Shown: one piece after another, positions 26,278 through 36,265 of the stretch
Position numbering within the stretch: the first letter of the stretch is position 1
Layout: each line of letters starts with the position of its first letter
Virus record (IMG/VR): IMGVR_UViG_3300037470_000141
Coordinates: 1-42,042 of that record
Direction: 5' to 3' (one strand)
DNA length: 42,042 nucleotides
Origin: a virus
Taxonomy: Duplodnaviria > Caudoviricetes
Notes under the pieces: generated by a model
Told to the model about the DNA's origin: nothing
The model's input: the letters and a program-made list of their open reading frames with translations, nothing else
The model's database searches: none
Program-made: the position numbers and the translations under genes

Positions 26278-28362
26278 GTGACCGACATCGCCCGGCTCGG
26301 CCTGAAGATCGACGGCACGCAGATCGTCCAAGCGACGACGCATCTCGACCAGTTCAGCCAGGCCGCCCAGCGCGCCGAGGCGAGCACCGACTCGTACCAG
26401 CGGGCGTTCACCGATCGGCTGAGTTCGTCGGACATCACGCGCGCGGCAGAGGAGTACGATCGCACGTTCTCAAAGACCGCAGAGACGGTCGAGAAGGTCG
26501 GCACGGCCAGCCGTACCGCTGGCGCGGGAATTCACCGGCTCAACAACTCCATGGTGGTGCTTGCTCGTCAGGCGACGGGCACGCATCCGGTCGTCGGTCA
26601 GCTCGTCGACACCATCGGTACGTTCGGGATCGGCACCGCGAAGATGGTGCCGATCCTGGCCGGTATCGCAGCAATCGGGTTCGGCTGGCGACTGCTGACC
26701 AGAGACGCGCGCGCCGCGCGTGCTGAGCTCGAGCGTAATCTCGACGTGCTGAGGAACATCGCCAAGGAGCGTGGAATTGAGGCGCTCGGCGGCCCGACGG
26801 CGATCGCCCTTGAGGCAGGACGGGAGCGGTCACGTCAACTCGCGGCGACGCTGCAAGCTCGTCTTGCCGCCGGGCCTGACGTGTCCGGCGTGACTCCGGG
26901 ACTGAGCGTAGACCAGCTTCGCACCCAACTCCGCGAGCAGAACGCCCTCAATGCGGAGGCGGCCGCCGAGCTCGAAGAGATCCAACGCGATGTGCGGGCG
27001 CGTGAGCGTCGAGAGAGCCTCCGCTACCGGCAGGAGTCAGCGGCTGCCGCCAGGGCGCACCAGGACAAGCTCAGGCGGGAGGCCGAAGAACACAACCGGA
27101 TCATGGTCGAGCTGAAGCTCCAGCAGCTGCAGGTGGAAGGCGAGGTGATCGCAGGCGCGACGCGGGAGCGTCTGCTGCAGGAGGAAGCCTTCCACAACAA
27201 GATCGTCGAGGGCGTCGAGCGCACGCTGGACACGATCGACCGTGATCGGGACAAGCGTCGCCGCCGCGAGGCCGACGAGGCTCGCGAGCTCGAACGCGCC
27301 CAGGAGCGGGCGCTCGCCAGCCTCGTCCAGAATCTGCAGAACGTCGGCAGAGCTTACGGCGGCGTGACCGATCAGGTCCTAGCGCTCGTCGCCGCGGCGA
27401 TCTCGCTGGAGCGGGTGCCGATGGAGACGGGCCGCGACCGTGCGATCGGGTTCGGGTCGGCGGCCTTGGCGGGCATCGGCTACGGGGCGTCGACCGGGGA
27501 TCCGGCGCTCGGCGCACTCGGTGGGGCTGCGTCCGGGTTCGCGATCGCGGGTCCGGCCGGTGCGATCGTCGGTGGCGTCGCGGGCATCGTGTCCGGGCTC
27601 GCCTCGTCGGGCAGGCAGGCCCGCGAAGCGCAGCGCGTGTGGGAGCGCGCGTTCGACGACTTCGAGGACATGTTCACCGAGTTCACGGCCTTGCAACGGG
27701 CGCAACGCGAGATCGAGGAGGGCTTCCGGGCGCTCAGCGGCGGGGTTGCGTTCGACGAGACGGCTGAGCGCATCGCTCGGCTGCAGTCGATTGCCGACGC
27801 TGCGGGCCAGTTCGGTGACACGGGGCTCCAGCAGAGACTCGAGCGTCAGATCGCGCAGCTCGAAGAGCTCTCTCGCGCCTACGCGACCAACACCGACCGG
27901 GCCGAGGAGCTCGCGAGGGCCGAGGAGGAGCGCTTCAAGGAGGAGCTCGACGTCCGCTTCCTGCGCGCTCAAGGCCTCGACCAACAAGCCGACGCGCTCG
28001 CGCTCCAGAACCAGCAACAACGCGAATACCAGCGCGCCGCCGAACAGGGGTGGGACAAGGCCACGCTCGGGTTCCTCGCGGAAGTGCAGGCCGCCGAGGC
28101 CGCGCTTCTGGCGGCTGAACGCGCGCGTGAGGAATGGGACCGCGTGTTGGGCGTCTTCAACGCGCCGGCCGGGTTCGATATCAGCCGCTACTCGGAGTTC
28201 TACGGCCGTGGGCCGTCCGAGCCGCCCGCGATCATCGACGACTCGGATTTTCGCATTGAGAACGTGGAGATCAACGTGTTCGCCTCGGATCCCGAGGCCG
28301 CGGCCGACGCCGTCGAGCGTCGTCTCCGTGGCCGTGACACCCGTTCGGGTGCCAGGCGATGA
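26278..28362 (+). CDS. Tape measure protein
   Basis: MTDIARLGLKID start; helical, Ala/Glu/Arg-rich with Gly-rich hydrophobic segment. Confidence 0.88.
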   Translation: MTDIARLGLKIDGTQIVQATTHLDQFSQAAQRAEASTDSYQRAFTDRLSSSDITRAAEEYDRTFSKTAETVEKVGTASRTAGAGIHRLNNSMVVLARQATGTHPVVGQLVDTIGTFGIGTAKMVPILAGIAAIGFGWRLLTRDARAARAELERNLDVLRNIAKERGIEALGGPTAIALEAGRERSRQLAATLQARLAAGPDVSGVTPGLSVDQLRTQLREQNALNAEAAAELEEIQRDVRARERRESLRYRQESAAAARAHQDKLRREAEEHNRIMVELKLQQLQVEGEVIAGATRERLLQEEAFHNKIVEGVERTLDTIDRDRDKRRRREADEARELERAQERALASLVQNLQNVGRAYGGVTDQVLALVAAAISLERVPMETGRDRAIGFGSAALAGIGYGASTGDPALGALGGAASGFAIAGPAGAIVGGVAGIVSGLASSGRQAREAQRVWERAFDDFEDMFTEFTALQRAQREIEEGFRALSGGVAFDETAERIARLQSIADAAGQFGDTGLQQRLERQIAQLEELSRAYATNTDRAEELARAEEERFKEELDVRFLRAQGLDQQADALALQNQQQREYQRAAEQGWDKATLGFLAEVQAAEAALLAAERAREEWDRVLGVFNAPAGFDISRYSEFYGRGPSEPPAIIDDSDFRIENVEINVFASDPEAAADAVERRLRGRDTRSGARR

Positions 28363-30035
28363 GCGCGCTGACCGTCGAGGGGGTCGCGGTCGGCGTGACG
28401 ACGCGCACGACGATCGGCGACTCAGCCGTCGGGGTGCGACGTCGTGCGAAGAGCGGCGTGATGCGCTCCCACAAGCTCGGCGACGTGCGGACCGGCCAGA
28501 TCCACACCGATTTCATGTCGGGCACGGACGCGACGATCCTACGGGCCATCCTCGCGAGCCCCGGCCCGGTGCTACACGGTGGCACGCTCCTCGGTGCCGA
28601 CGCCTACTTCCACGTCTCAGGCGTGCAGCAACAGCCGCTCGGCGCCGACCTGTGGCTGCTATCCTGGCGGATCGAGGAGACGGGGTTCACGCCGAGCCCG
28701 CTGCTGTTCAGCTTCGACGCCGTCGCGCCGGGTGCTGCGTTCACGTTCACGCGCGCAGGCGTGGCCCCCTTGCTGGACGTGGACGGTTCCTACCAGGAGG
28801 CCGCGACGAACGTCGCCCGGTACTCGTACCTCACCGAGGAGGTGGCTTTCGCGGGCGGTGGCGTCTTCTCGGGAGTGCCGACCGAGCACGGCCGGGTGCT
28901 GCTGCTGGAGCCAGCGGGCACAAACGTATGGCTTCGCTCGGATGAGTTCGACGCCGCAGCGTGGACGAAGGCGCAGGCGACCATAGACGCGGACGACGCG
29001 GCCGCACCGGATGGCACCACCACGGCCGACAAGCTGGTCGAGTCAACCGATGCCGGTGTCCACACGGTCGAGCAGGCGCTCGGCGGATCGCCCACCGACG
29101 ACGAGTACTCGGTCATCAGCGTCCACGCGAAGGCGGATGAGCGCGAGCGGATCTGGATGTCGCTGACCGGCAAGGACGGATCGACGGTCGCCACGGCGCG
29201 ATACGATCTCGTGGCCGGTGGCATCGCTGCGGTCTCGTCCGGCGGCAGCCTCACGACGCTTGCGGCGATCAGGGATGCGGGTGACGGATGGTATCGCTGC
29301 ATCCTGGCGGGTGACGTGCTGACCGGTGGGTCCACGCCATCCGGCTTGATCGGCCTGGTGGACGATTCCAACCAAACGTCCTACACCGGCGACGGCACGT
29401 CGGGCGTCCACCTGTGGCGCGGCCACGCCGAAGTCGACAGGCGGGCGCCGTCCTACGCGGTGCAGACGGTCGGGGCCACCGCCGCGGGTGTCGCCGAGAA
29501 GATGACCGCGCCTCCCGGCTTCACGATGGAGGACATCCGGGCAGCGGGCGGCGCGACGTTCTACCAGGAGTGGATCGAGCGGGGGACGGCGTACGTCGTG
29601 GGCTCGTCCACCCGCTACTGGCAGGTGAGCGACGACGTACAGGTTGCCCTGTTCTCAAACAGCCTCGGTGACGGCACGCTCGACGGGGCATTGTTCGAGG
29701 CCGGTGGCGTCAGTGCGGTTAGCTCCCCCTCCGCTGTCATCCCGCTCGGGTCGCCCGCCGAAGCCCGGCTGGTGCTCTATCTCGATGACGACGACGACTG
29801 GAAGGTGCAACTCGGCGTGTCGGTCAACGGCGCGGCCGAGGTGCTCGGCTCGGTCGCCACGTTCGGCGCGACGCTGCCCGACTTCGATGCCGACCTGCTG
29901 ACGTTCGGTGCGGACCACAATCAGAACGTGCACGCGCCGGTCGGGCTCCGGACGATCAAGGGCATCGGCGGCGTAAGGACGATGGCCGAGATGCAGAAGA
30001 TCGCGGCGGCCCGGCTCTATCAGAGGGTCACATGA
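28359..30035 (+). CDS. Distal-tail-like protein fused to a spike/carbohydrate-binding-like domain
   Basis: Follows TMP; FTFTRAG...LLLEPAGTN..LRSDEF...APDGTTTADKL...GDGWYRC motifs. Confidence 0.6.
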   Translation: MSALTVEGVAVGVTTRTTIGDSAVGVRRRAKSGVMRSHKLGDVRTGQIHTDFMSGTDATILRAILASPGPVLHGGTLLGADAYFHVSGVQQQPLGADLWLLSWRIEETGFTPSPLLFSFDAVAPGAAFTFTRAGVAPLLDVDGSYQEAATNVARYSYLTEEVAFAGGGVFSGVPTEHGRVLLLEPAGTNVWLRSDEFDAAAWTKAQATIDADDAAAPDGTTTADKLVESTDAGVHTVEQALGGSPTDDEYSVISVHAKADERERIWMSLTGKDGSTVATARYDLVAGGIAAVSSGGSLTTLAAIRDAGDGWYRCILAGDVLTGGSTPSGLIGLVDDSNQTSYTGDGTSGVHLWRGHAEVDRRAPSYAVQTVGATAAGVAEKMTAPPGFTMEDIRAAGGATFYQEWIERGTAYVVGSSTRYWQVSDDVQVALFSNSLGDGTLDGALFEAGGVSAVSSPSAVIPLGSPAEARLVLYLDDDDDWKVQLGVSVNGAAEVLGSVATFGATLPDFDADLLTFGADHNQNVHAPVGLRTIKGIGGVRTMAEMQKIAAARLYQRVT

Positions 30036-33000
30036 GGGCGGCGACAGCGGCCGAGCTAGCCGTCCTCGCGAGCAAGGATCGGGCCGACCACACACGGGTG
30101 AAGATCGAGAACGCCGACGGTGTGATGGTCGAGGTCACGAACCTAGCCGGTCACGACTGGGTCGACGACGTGACTATCGACGTGCGCGTAGAGCCCCTGA
30201 TCTCCACGGCGACCATCACCCTGTTCCGCACGATCGGCCTACTCTCGCTGGCGCCCCTGATCGAGTCGTCCGGCCTCAACGTCGACTCGACGGGCTCCTA
30301 CGCGCCGCTGGTCTACCCGAATCGCATGGCGACGGTCGAGACGGCGTCGATGCTTCAGGGTGAGGTGCCCGCATCCGGTGATTGGGTGCTCGTATGGGAG
30401 GGGCTCGGCAAGGTTGTCGAATGGGGTGGCTCGGACAACAAGGTGACGTTTCAGGCGCTCGACCCGATGACGCGGCTCGCGCGCACGTTCATCCGCACCC
30501 CCGCAGACTACGGCTCGGACGCGCTCGACGAGTTCATGGAGGACGTGATCCAGGAGCTCCTCGACGACGTGTTCGGCGCGTCGGAGATCGAGCTCGCGTT
30601 CACGGCCACGAGTTTCGCCATGCTCGAGCGACCGATCGGCAACGTGACGGTGCTCGAAGCGCTGCAAGCGATCACCGACCTGAACGCCTGGAACCTGCAT
30701 TGGCGCTGGAACGAGAGCGCGGGCGCGTTCCGGCTGACGCTGTGGGAGCCCGACCGCTCGAACACGACCGCCGTTCACACGCTCGGCCCGGATGACTACT
30801 ACGAGATCCCGCGCATCTCGCTCGACGACGAGGGCGTGCGCAACGACGGTGAGGTCGTCTACACGGACACGTCCGGCGACGTGCAGACCGAGACCGACAC
30901 GCGGGCAGCGTCGATCGCGCTATATGAGACCCGCTTCATCCGGGTGGACGCGCGCGACTCGTCGGTCAGCACGGACACGAAGGCGGCGGCGCTACTCGAA
31001 GCGATCTTGGACGACACCGAGTCGCCCCTACTGCCCCAGGAGATCGACGCCGCGTACTTCTGGCCGATCGAGCTCGGTGACCTCCTCGCGCTGAGCCCCG
31101 GCGAGCACTACGACACCGAACAGAAGTTCGGCGTGTTCGGCTACCGCCACGTCCTGCGGGCCGACGACTGCCGGACCTACATCATCGGGTCCGGCAAGCC
31201 GTCTGGCGGCTTCGAGCGCTGGCACCAACAAGAGGCCGACGCGCCCGACCGGGTCCCGGAGATCCTGAGCGCCTACCTCGACACGGTGCGCTACCCCGAC
31301 GAAGCCGACACGGGTGGCGGGTGGACGTTCGCGCTCGAGGGTGTGTACGTCGAGCTGAACTACGTGCTGTCCGAGTCGGTCCAGGAGATCGTCGTTGTCT
31401 TCGAGCGTGACCAAGGCGCTGGCCTCGTCACCGACACCTACACCCACGCGGTCAGCGGCAGCGGGCGGATCCGTCTCACACCGATAGCGCGCGACACTTA
31501 CACCGATGTCTCGTTCACGATCACGCCGCGCACCCAGGTAGGTGGGGGCACCAAGGGCAAGCCGGTCACGTTCGAGTTCGGGGGCATCAAGGACCGCTCT
31601 ACCGGCCTGATACTGAAGCAGGGCGCGAACGAGTTCGGCGGTTCGCACCTGAAGGTCGGCAGCGGGATCACCCTCACGCTCGATGCCGACGGCTTCCCCC
31701 AGATCAGCGCAGCGGGTGGCGAGGGCGTCGTGGCGCTCGAAGACGTCGGCGACGTCGGGCCTTACGCGTCGCTGGCGGCGGGTGACGGTCTGGTGTGGAG
31801 CGGAAGCGATTGGGTGAATAGCGCTCGTCGCATCTTCGACGTGACCATGCCCCCGTTCAACGCTGACAATAGTGGGGCCACGGACCCCTTGGCTGCCATC
31901 CATGACGCAATCGCCGCCGCGACGGTGGGTAGCACTGTGCGGCTTCCTGCGGGCACGTACGCGACCAGCGACGTCATCGTGATCGACAAGGCAATACGAT
32001 TCGAGGGAGGGGGCACGAGCACCGACAGCGTGAGTGGGACAGCTATCGTCCCGTCGGTATCGGTCAGCCCAGTTATCAAGGTTGTACAGGACGACGCGCA
32101 GATCCGTGGGGTCTACGTGCGCGGCTTCCAGGCCGCCGACGTCGCAATCCACCTGAGCGACGAGGTCGAAGGGATCTCGCACATCATCGTCGAGGACGTC
32201 GTCACGACCGTATGCACGACCGCGCTCCTGATCGACGTGGTGATCCTGTCGGAGATCCGCAATTCCTCGTTCGTCAGCGGCAACGTGGACATCCAGGGAC
32301 TCGCGACCAGCCTCACGTTCACGTCCTGCTTCGTGAAGGGTTACCAGGGTACCGCCAAGGGCGCATATCATGTCGACGGCACATCGGGCTACATCAACTT
32401 CATCGGCTGCGGTGCGGACGAGAATGAGGGTTACGGCTACTGGGTCGGGGACGGTAGCAACGCGGTCTCGATCAAGGGCTGCGGGGCCGAAGCGAACGCG
32501 CTCGGCTTTGCACGAATCCTAGGCGACAACGTCGGCATCTACAATTGCCACGGGTTCAGCAACGGCGCTGACCTCAACGGTTCGACACATTTCGCGAGCG
32601 GCGTAACGGCGGTCGGTGCGAAGTGGTTGTCGGTCGTCGGGTTCCAAGACTTCACCCCGAGTGGTGGCGCCAACCGGCTCGCGAACCATCACCTGAATGC
32701 TTCGACCTCCGACTCCTACGTCCGCGGCGGCCTCGCGGACCTCGGTGTCAGGGACCAGGGCACGCGCAATACGGTGTTCGGTCTGCCGCTCGAAGGCAGC
32801 GAGGCGCGCGGCAACGCGTTCAACTACGCGGGCAACATGTTCGCGGCCAACGTCATCACGACCGACGTTGCGACGCTCGCGGACGATGCGACGCCCTCCG
32901 TCCTGAACGGCACGAAGTTCGTCACCGGCGGCACCACCGGGATAACCGATTTCGATGATGGCGTGGTAGGCCAGACGATCGAAGTTCTTTCGGCGCATGC

Positions 33001-34645
33001 GGTCACGGTCACGCATGGCGCCTCGGCGATCGTGCTCAAGGGCGGGGCCGACTTCGGGATGGCCGTCGGTGATGCGCTCACACTCACGATGTTCGTGACC
33101 GGCGTGTGGCAGGAGGTGGCCCGCAAAGTCGCAGCCCCCAAGGAAGCCAACGGGACGGCCACGCTCATCAACGGCACCACGACCGTGGTCGTCACGCACG
33201 GACTTGGGGCAGCCCCGGATATCAAGGACATCAACGTCACACCGAGCGAAGCGTGGGGCGCGTTCACCCAGTTCTGGAAGCACAGCCCCACGGCTACCGA
33301 GTTCGTGATCGAGGTCGACCAAGATCCCGGCCAAGACGTGGACTTCTCGTGGTCCGCTTCCGTGCAGGTCGAGACGCCGCAACCCCTGAACCTGTGGATC
33401 TCCAAAGCCGAGATCGACACCCGCCCAATGAGCGGAGCCGACTGGACGGACATGCTCGCGACGGCGGACGCGACGTGGCCCGCCGCCGAGATGGACGACC
33501 AGGACGCGACCGCGAATCTCTACGTGATGGCGGGCGCGCTCGTGTATCTCCGGACTGGCACGGTGTCATACAGGACGAAGGTGGAGAGCTACATCGAGGA
33601 CCTGATCGCCGAGGGGTATCCGAAGGTCAACGGCCAGGCACTCGGCTACGCGCGCAACCTCGGAAGCTTCGTCCTCGCCGCGGATATGTGCAACATCCGG
33701 CTCAACAACCCGACGCTGCACGCGGACTTCTCAGCCTTCGCGGAAGGCGCGCTCACGGAGTCCTACGTCGGCGGCGGGATGACCAGCGTCAGGGACGGAG
33801 CGTACGCCAGGCCCAACAACATCGGGAATTACTGCCGCTGGACCTGCCTCATCACCTACGCCTACATCGGCGACCAGACGGAGCTCGACGGCATCGTGGA
33901 GGAGGTCGCGTTCTGGTTGGGTGACAGAACCCGCGGTGGCGCTTCCGCGCTATGGGGACCGACCGCCTCGCCGGATCTGTCGTGGCACGAGGATCCGACC
34001 GACTCGGGCACGCTGCGCGGGATCGTGAGTCAAGGCGTCACGCGCTTCGGGCACGATTTCAGCGGCATCCAGCCCGAGGAGATGCGGCGCGACGACTCGT
34101 TCTGGTCCGGCACGTTCCCCTCGGGCGCCACGGTGTCCGGCGCGAACCTCGGAGCGACCGCGCCCACAACTTCGATCGTCGGTGAGAAGCTGTTCTTTAC
34201 GGACGACGGCAACGTCTCCCGCGTCGTCGACACGCACAACGTCGGCACCGGCGACGTCACGTGGAGCCCCGACCTGAGCTCTGCCCCGGCCGAGGACGAC
34301 CAGTGGAGCGTGTACCCCGGCGAGACGGGGCTCCGCTACGTGGAGGAAGCGGCCGGCATCGCGCTCGGCACGGTCGAGATCATCCGGCGGCTCGGGTACG
34401 GGGACGCGCACACGTGGTCTGACTCGGCGCTGCTGCGTGCGTGCACCCGCCTGAAGTACTTTGCCGATAACCACTCAGACAACAACTGGGTGTATTTCGA
34501 GACCAGCCACGAGGGCGCCCGCCCGCTCGTCAATTACTTGTACGGCGTCGGCTACCCCGAGACACGAGTCAGGACCCAGATCAACGGGGGTATCAAGGGC
34601 TTCTCGTTCACCTATTACACCCACCTGGGGAGGTCCGTCCCGTGA
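30032..34645 (+). CDS. Large tail tip protein: hub + beta-helix tailspike + alginate-lyase-like domain
   Basis: 1537 aa; FDVT..PFNADNSGATD...VRLPAGTY beta-helix start; C-terminal ALGYARNL.SFVLAAD, RPNN, EEAAG. Confidence 0.75.
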   Translation: MRAATAAELAVLASKDRADHTRVKIENADGVMVEVTNLAGHDWVDDVTIDVRVEPLISTATITLFRTIGLLSLAPLIESSGLNVDSTGSYAPLVYPNRMATVETASMLQGEVPASGDWVLVWEGLGKVVEWGGSDNKVTFQALDPMTRLARTFIRTPADYGSDALDEFMEDVIQELLDDVFGASEIELAFTATSFAMLERPIGNVTVLEALQAITDLNAWNLHWRWNESAGAFRLTLWEPDRSNTTAVHTLGPDDYYEIPRISLDDEGVRNDGEVVYTDTSGDVQTETDTRAASIALYETRFIRVDARDSSVSTDTKAAALLEAILDDTESPLLPQEIDAAYFWPIELGDLLALSPGEHYDTEQKFGVFGYRHVLRADDCRTYIIGSGKPSGGFERWHQQEADAPDRVPEILSAYLDTVRYPDEADTGGGWTFALEGVYVELNYVLSESVQEIVVVFERDQGAGLVTDTYTHAVSGSGRIRLTPIARDTYTDVSFTITPRTQVGGGTKGKPVTFEFGGIKDRSTGLILKQGANEFGGSHLKVGSGITLTLDADGFPQISAAGGEGVVALEDVGDVGPYASLAAGDGLVWSGSDWVNSARRIFDVTMPPFNADNSGATDPLAAIHDAIAAATVGSTVRLPAGTYATSDVIVIDKAIRFEGGGTSTDSVSGTAIVPSVSVSPVIKVVQDDAQIRGVYVRGFQAADVAIHLSDEVEGISHIIVEDVVTTVCTTALLIDVVILSEIRNSSFVSGNVDIQGLATSLTFTSCFVKGYQGTAKGAYHVDGTSGYINFIGCGADENEGYGYWVGDGSNAVSIKGCGAEANALGFARILGDNVGIYNCHGFSNGADLNGSTHFASGVTAVGAKWLSVVGFQDFTPSGGANRLANHHLNASTSDSYVRGGLADLGVRDQGTRNTVFGLPLEGSEARGNAFNYAGNMFAANVITTDVATLADDATPSVLNGTKFVTGGTTGITDFDDGVVGQTIEVLSAHAVTVTHGASAIVLKGGADFGMAVGDALTLTMFVTGVWQEVARKVAAPKEANGTATLINGTTTVVVTHGLGAAPDIKDINVTPSEAWGAFTQFWKHSPTATEFVIEVDQDPGQDVDFSWSASVQVETPQPLNLWISKAEIDTRPMSGADWTDMLATADATWPAAEMDDQDATANLYVMAGALVYLRTGTVSYRTKVESYIEDLIAEGYPKVNGQALGYARNLGSFVLAADMCNIRLNNPTLHADFSAFAEGALTESYVGGGMTSVRDGAYARPNNIGNYCRWTCLITYAYIGDQTELDGIVEEVAFWLGDRTRGGASALWGPTASPDLSWHEDPTDSGTLRGIVSQGVTRFGHDFSGIQPEEMRRDDSFWSGTFPSGATVSGANLGATAPTTSIVGEKLFFTDDGNVSRVVDTHNVGTGDVTWSPDLSSAPAEDDQWSVYPGETGLRYVEEAAGIALGTVEIIRRLGYGDAHTWSDSALLRACTRLKYFADNHSDNNWVYFETSHEGARPLVNYLYGVGYPETRVRTQINGGIKGFSFTYYTHLGRSVP

Positions 34646-34647
34646 TG

Positions 34648-34860
34648 TCAGCCAGCGGTGTCCGGCGCAGGCCACGGGTTTTTTACCACCACGTCGACCG
34701 TCGTGCCGGTCACGTCCCCGATGCAGACCAGCGTCGAGTCGGTCATCGTCGAGTCGGCGCAGAGCGCGGCGAACTCAGGATCCTCGGGGCCGACGATGGA
34801 ACGACCGTCGACCATGCAGCCGCCGACCGCCAAGGCCGCCAGCAAGGGGAGCCACTTCAT
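34648..34860 (-). CDS. Small lipoprotein, only clear minus-strand gene
   Basis: GAGAGG RBS; MKWLPLLAALAVGG|C lipobox-like signal; two further Cys. Confidence 0.7.
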   Translation of the reverse strand: MKWLPLLAALAVGGCMVDGRSIVGPEDPEFAALCADSTMTDSTLVCIGDVTGTTVDVVVKNPWPAPDTAG

Positions 34861-34931
34861 ATGTACCTCTCGGGTTGGGTGCCACATCTATACGATACTG
34901 CCGCGCCCATTCTTCACGCGAGGACTTCGTG

Positions 34932-35075
34932 ATGTGTAAGACGACCGAAGCGCTCGAGCGGAGCCCCGTGGCTCAACGTCAGATGGTCGAGATCGTGTTC
35001 ACGTGCAAGCAGCTCGTCGAGTTCTGGCATCTCCTCTATCCACGGAAGCCCCATGGGACTCAGAACCGTGCCTGA
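34932..35075 (+). CDS. Small hypothetical protein
   Basis: GAGGA RBS; overlaps next gene. Confidence 0.35.
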   Translation: MCKTTEALERSPVAQRQMVEIVFTCKQLVEFWHLLYPRKPHGTQNRA

Positions 35076-35394
35076 CGAGGCTCCGCGTTCGCACGTGGAC
35101 GAGATGATCACCGAGATCCGCAACGGGTTCCGCGACTTTGACCGGATGCTCCGCGGCAACAACGGTGACGCCGGGGTCCTCGAGAAGATTCGGCGCCACG
35201 AGGATCGACTCGACGCGCTCCGGGCCGAGATCGACGAACTGCGAGCGCACCCGCACCAGATCTATCTGTCGGAGGAAGTACGCGAGAAAACCAAGGCGGC
35301 GAGGTGGCGCGCGAAGGGTGAAATCGCGACCGTCGTCGGTGTCGTACTGTCGCTCATTCTGAGCGCCCTCAACCTGTTGGGAGTCATGCCATGA
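35053..35394 (+). CDS. Coiled-coil + C-terminal TM protein, holin/antiholin-like (start may be 35068)
   Basis: LRGNNGDAGV..KI..HE.RL, then VVGVVLSLILSALNLL. Confidence 0.6.
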   Translation: MGLRTVPDEAPRSHVDEMITEIRNGFRDFDRMLRGNNGDAGVLEKIRRHEDRLDALRAEIDELRAHPHQIYLSEEVREKTKAARWRAKGEIATVVGVVLSLILSALNLLGVMP

Positions 35395-35675
35395 GCTACG
35401 AAGGAATGAAGGCGTCGATCGCCCGTCACAAGAACGCGAAGGCCACGTGCGACACGGTCGCTTTCAAGGACCCGCGTACGGTGCGCGAGATCCACGCGGC
35501 GCTCGGCCGCGCGATCCGCCAGGAGGACGAGGGCCTGATCGGGCCGGCGAAGCTCGTCATCCGGTCAGGACGCAAAGAGGATGGCGCGCCCGAGTCGTGG
35601 GCCGAAGTGCCCGGTGTGGGTGCGTTCAACGCGTCGACCAACTGCCCGCCGTTCCCGCCTGAGGACTGCGAGTAG
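35391..35675 (+). CDS. Small soluble protein ending AFNASTNCPPFPPEDCE
   Basis: GGAG RBS; coupled at both ends. Confidence 0.7.
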   Translation: MSYEGMKASIARHKNAKATCDTVAFKDPRTVREIHAALGRAIRQEDEGLIGPAKLVIRSGRKEDGAPESWAEVPGVGAFNASTNCPPFPPEDCE

Positions 35676-36265
35676 TGATGGACTTCCTGGCCGACCGCAA
35701 CGTGCTGTACGCCGCAACGACGGCGTCCATCGTGATGTCCGTGATCCCGCTGCTTGTGCTCGTCGTGCTCCGACCCGACGCGAGGGCAGTATTCTGGATC
35801 GTGGCGATCGCTTTCCTGTCGTCGGTCGTCGTTGGCGACGTGGTACAGCGCATCGACCGTGAGGCGGGCCTGAGCGACGGCGCGTGGCTCAACACCTACG
35901 TGTGGCCGCCGGTCATGTTCGCGCTTCTCACGCGCGCGTTGCTGCCGACGATCCTGTGGTGGCTCGCGCTTGGGGTCATCGCGTTTGCCGCGTGGCTCGC
36001 TTTCCAGGGCCCGCTCGATCATCCCGAGTGGACGGTGACGGTCGTCGGCTCCCTGATCGTGCTCAGCTTCTACCTGTTCGCTGGGCCTGATGACCTCAGC
36101 GCGACGCTCATCACGTTCTGCTTGCTCGCCTCGCTCTGCTACGTGCTCTACGCGCTCACGTTCCGGAACTATCCGATCGCGACGGGCTGGTGGTATGGCT
36201 ATCAGACGGCACGGCTCGCAGCCTTCGCCCTGTTCGCTCGTGCCGCATGGAGGGCGGATGCGTGA
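35675..36265 (+). CDS. Polytopic membrane protein (about 6-7 TM)
   Basis: Successive hydrophobic helices with short loops. Confidence 0.8.
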   Translation: MMDFLADRNVLYAATTASIVMSVIPLLVLVVLRPDARAVFWIVAIAFLSSVVVGDVVQRIDREAGLSDGAWLNTYVWPPVMFALLTRALLPTILWWLALGVIAFAAWLAFQGPLDHPEWTVTVVGSLIVLSFYLFAGPDDLSATLITFCLLASLCYVLYALTFRNYPIATGWWYGYQTARLAAFALFARAAWRADA

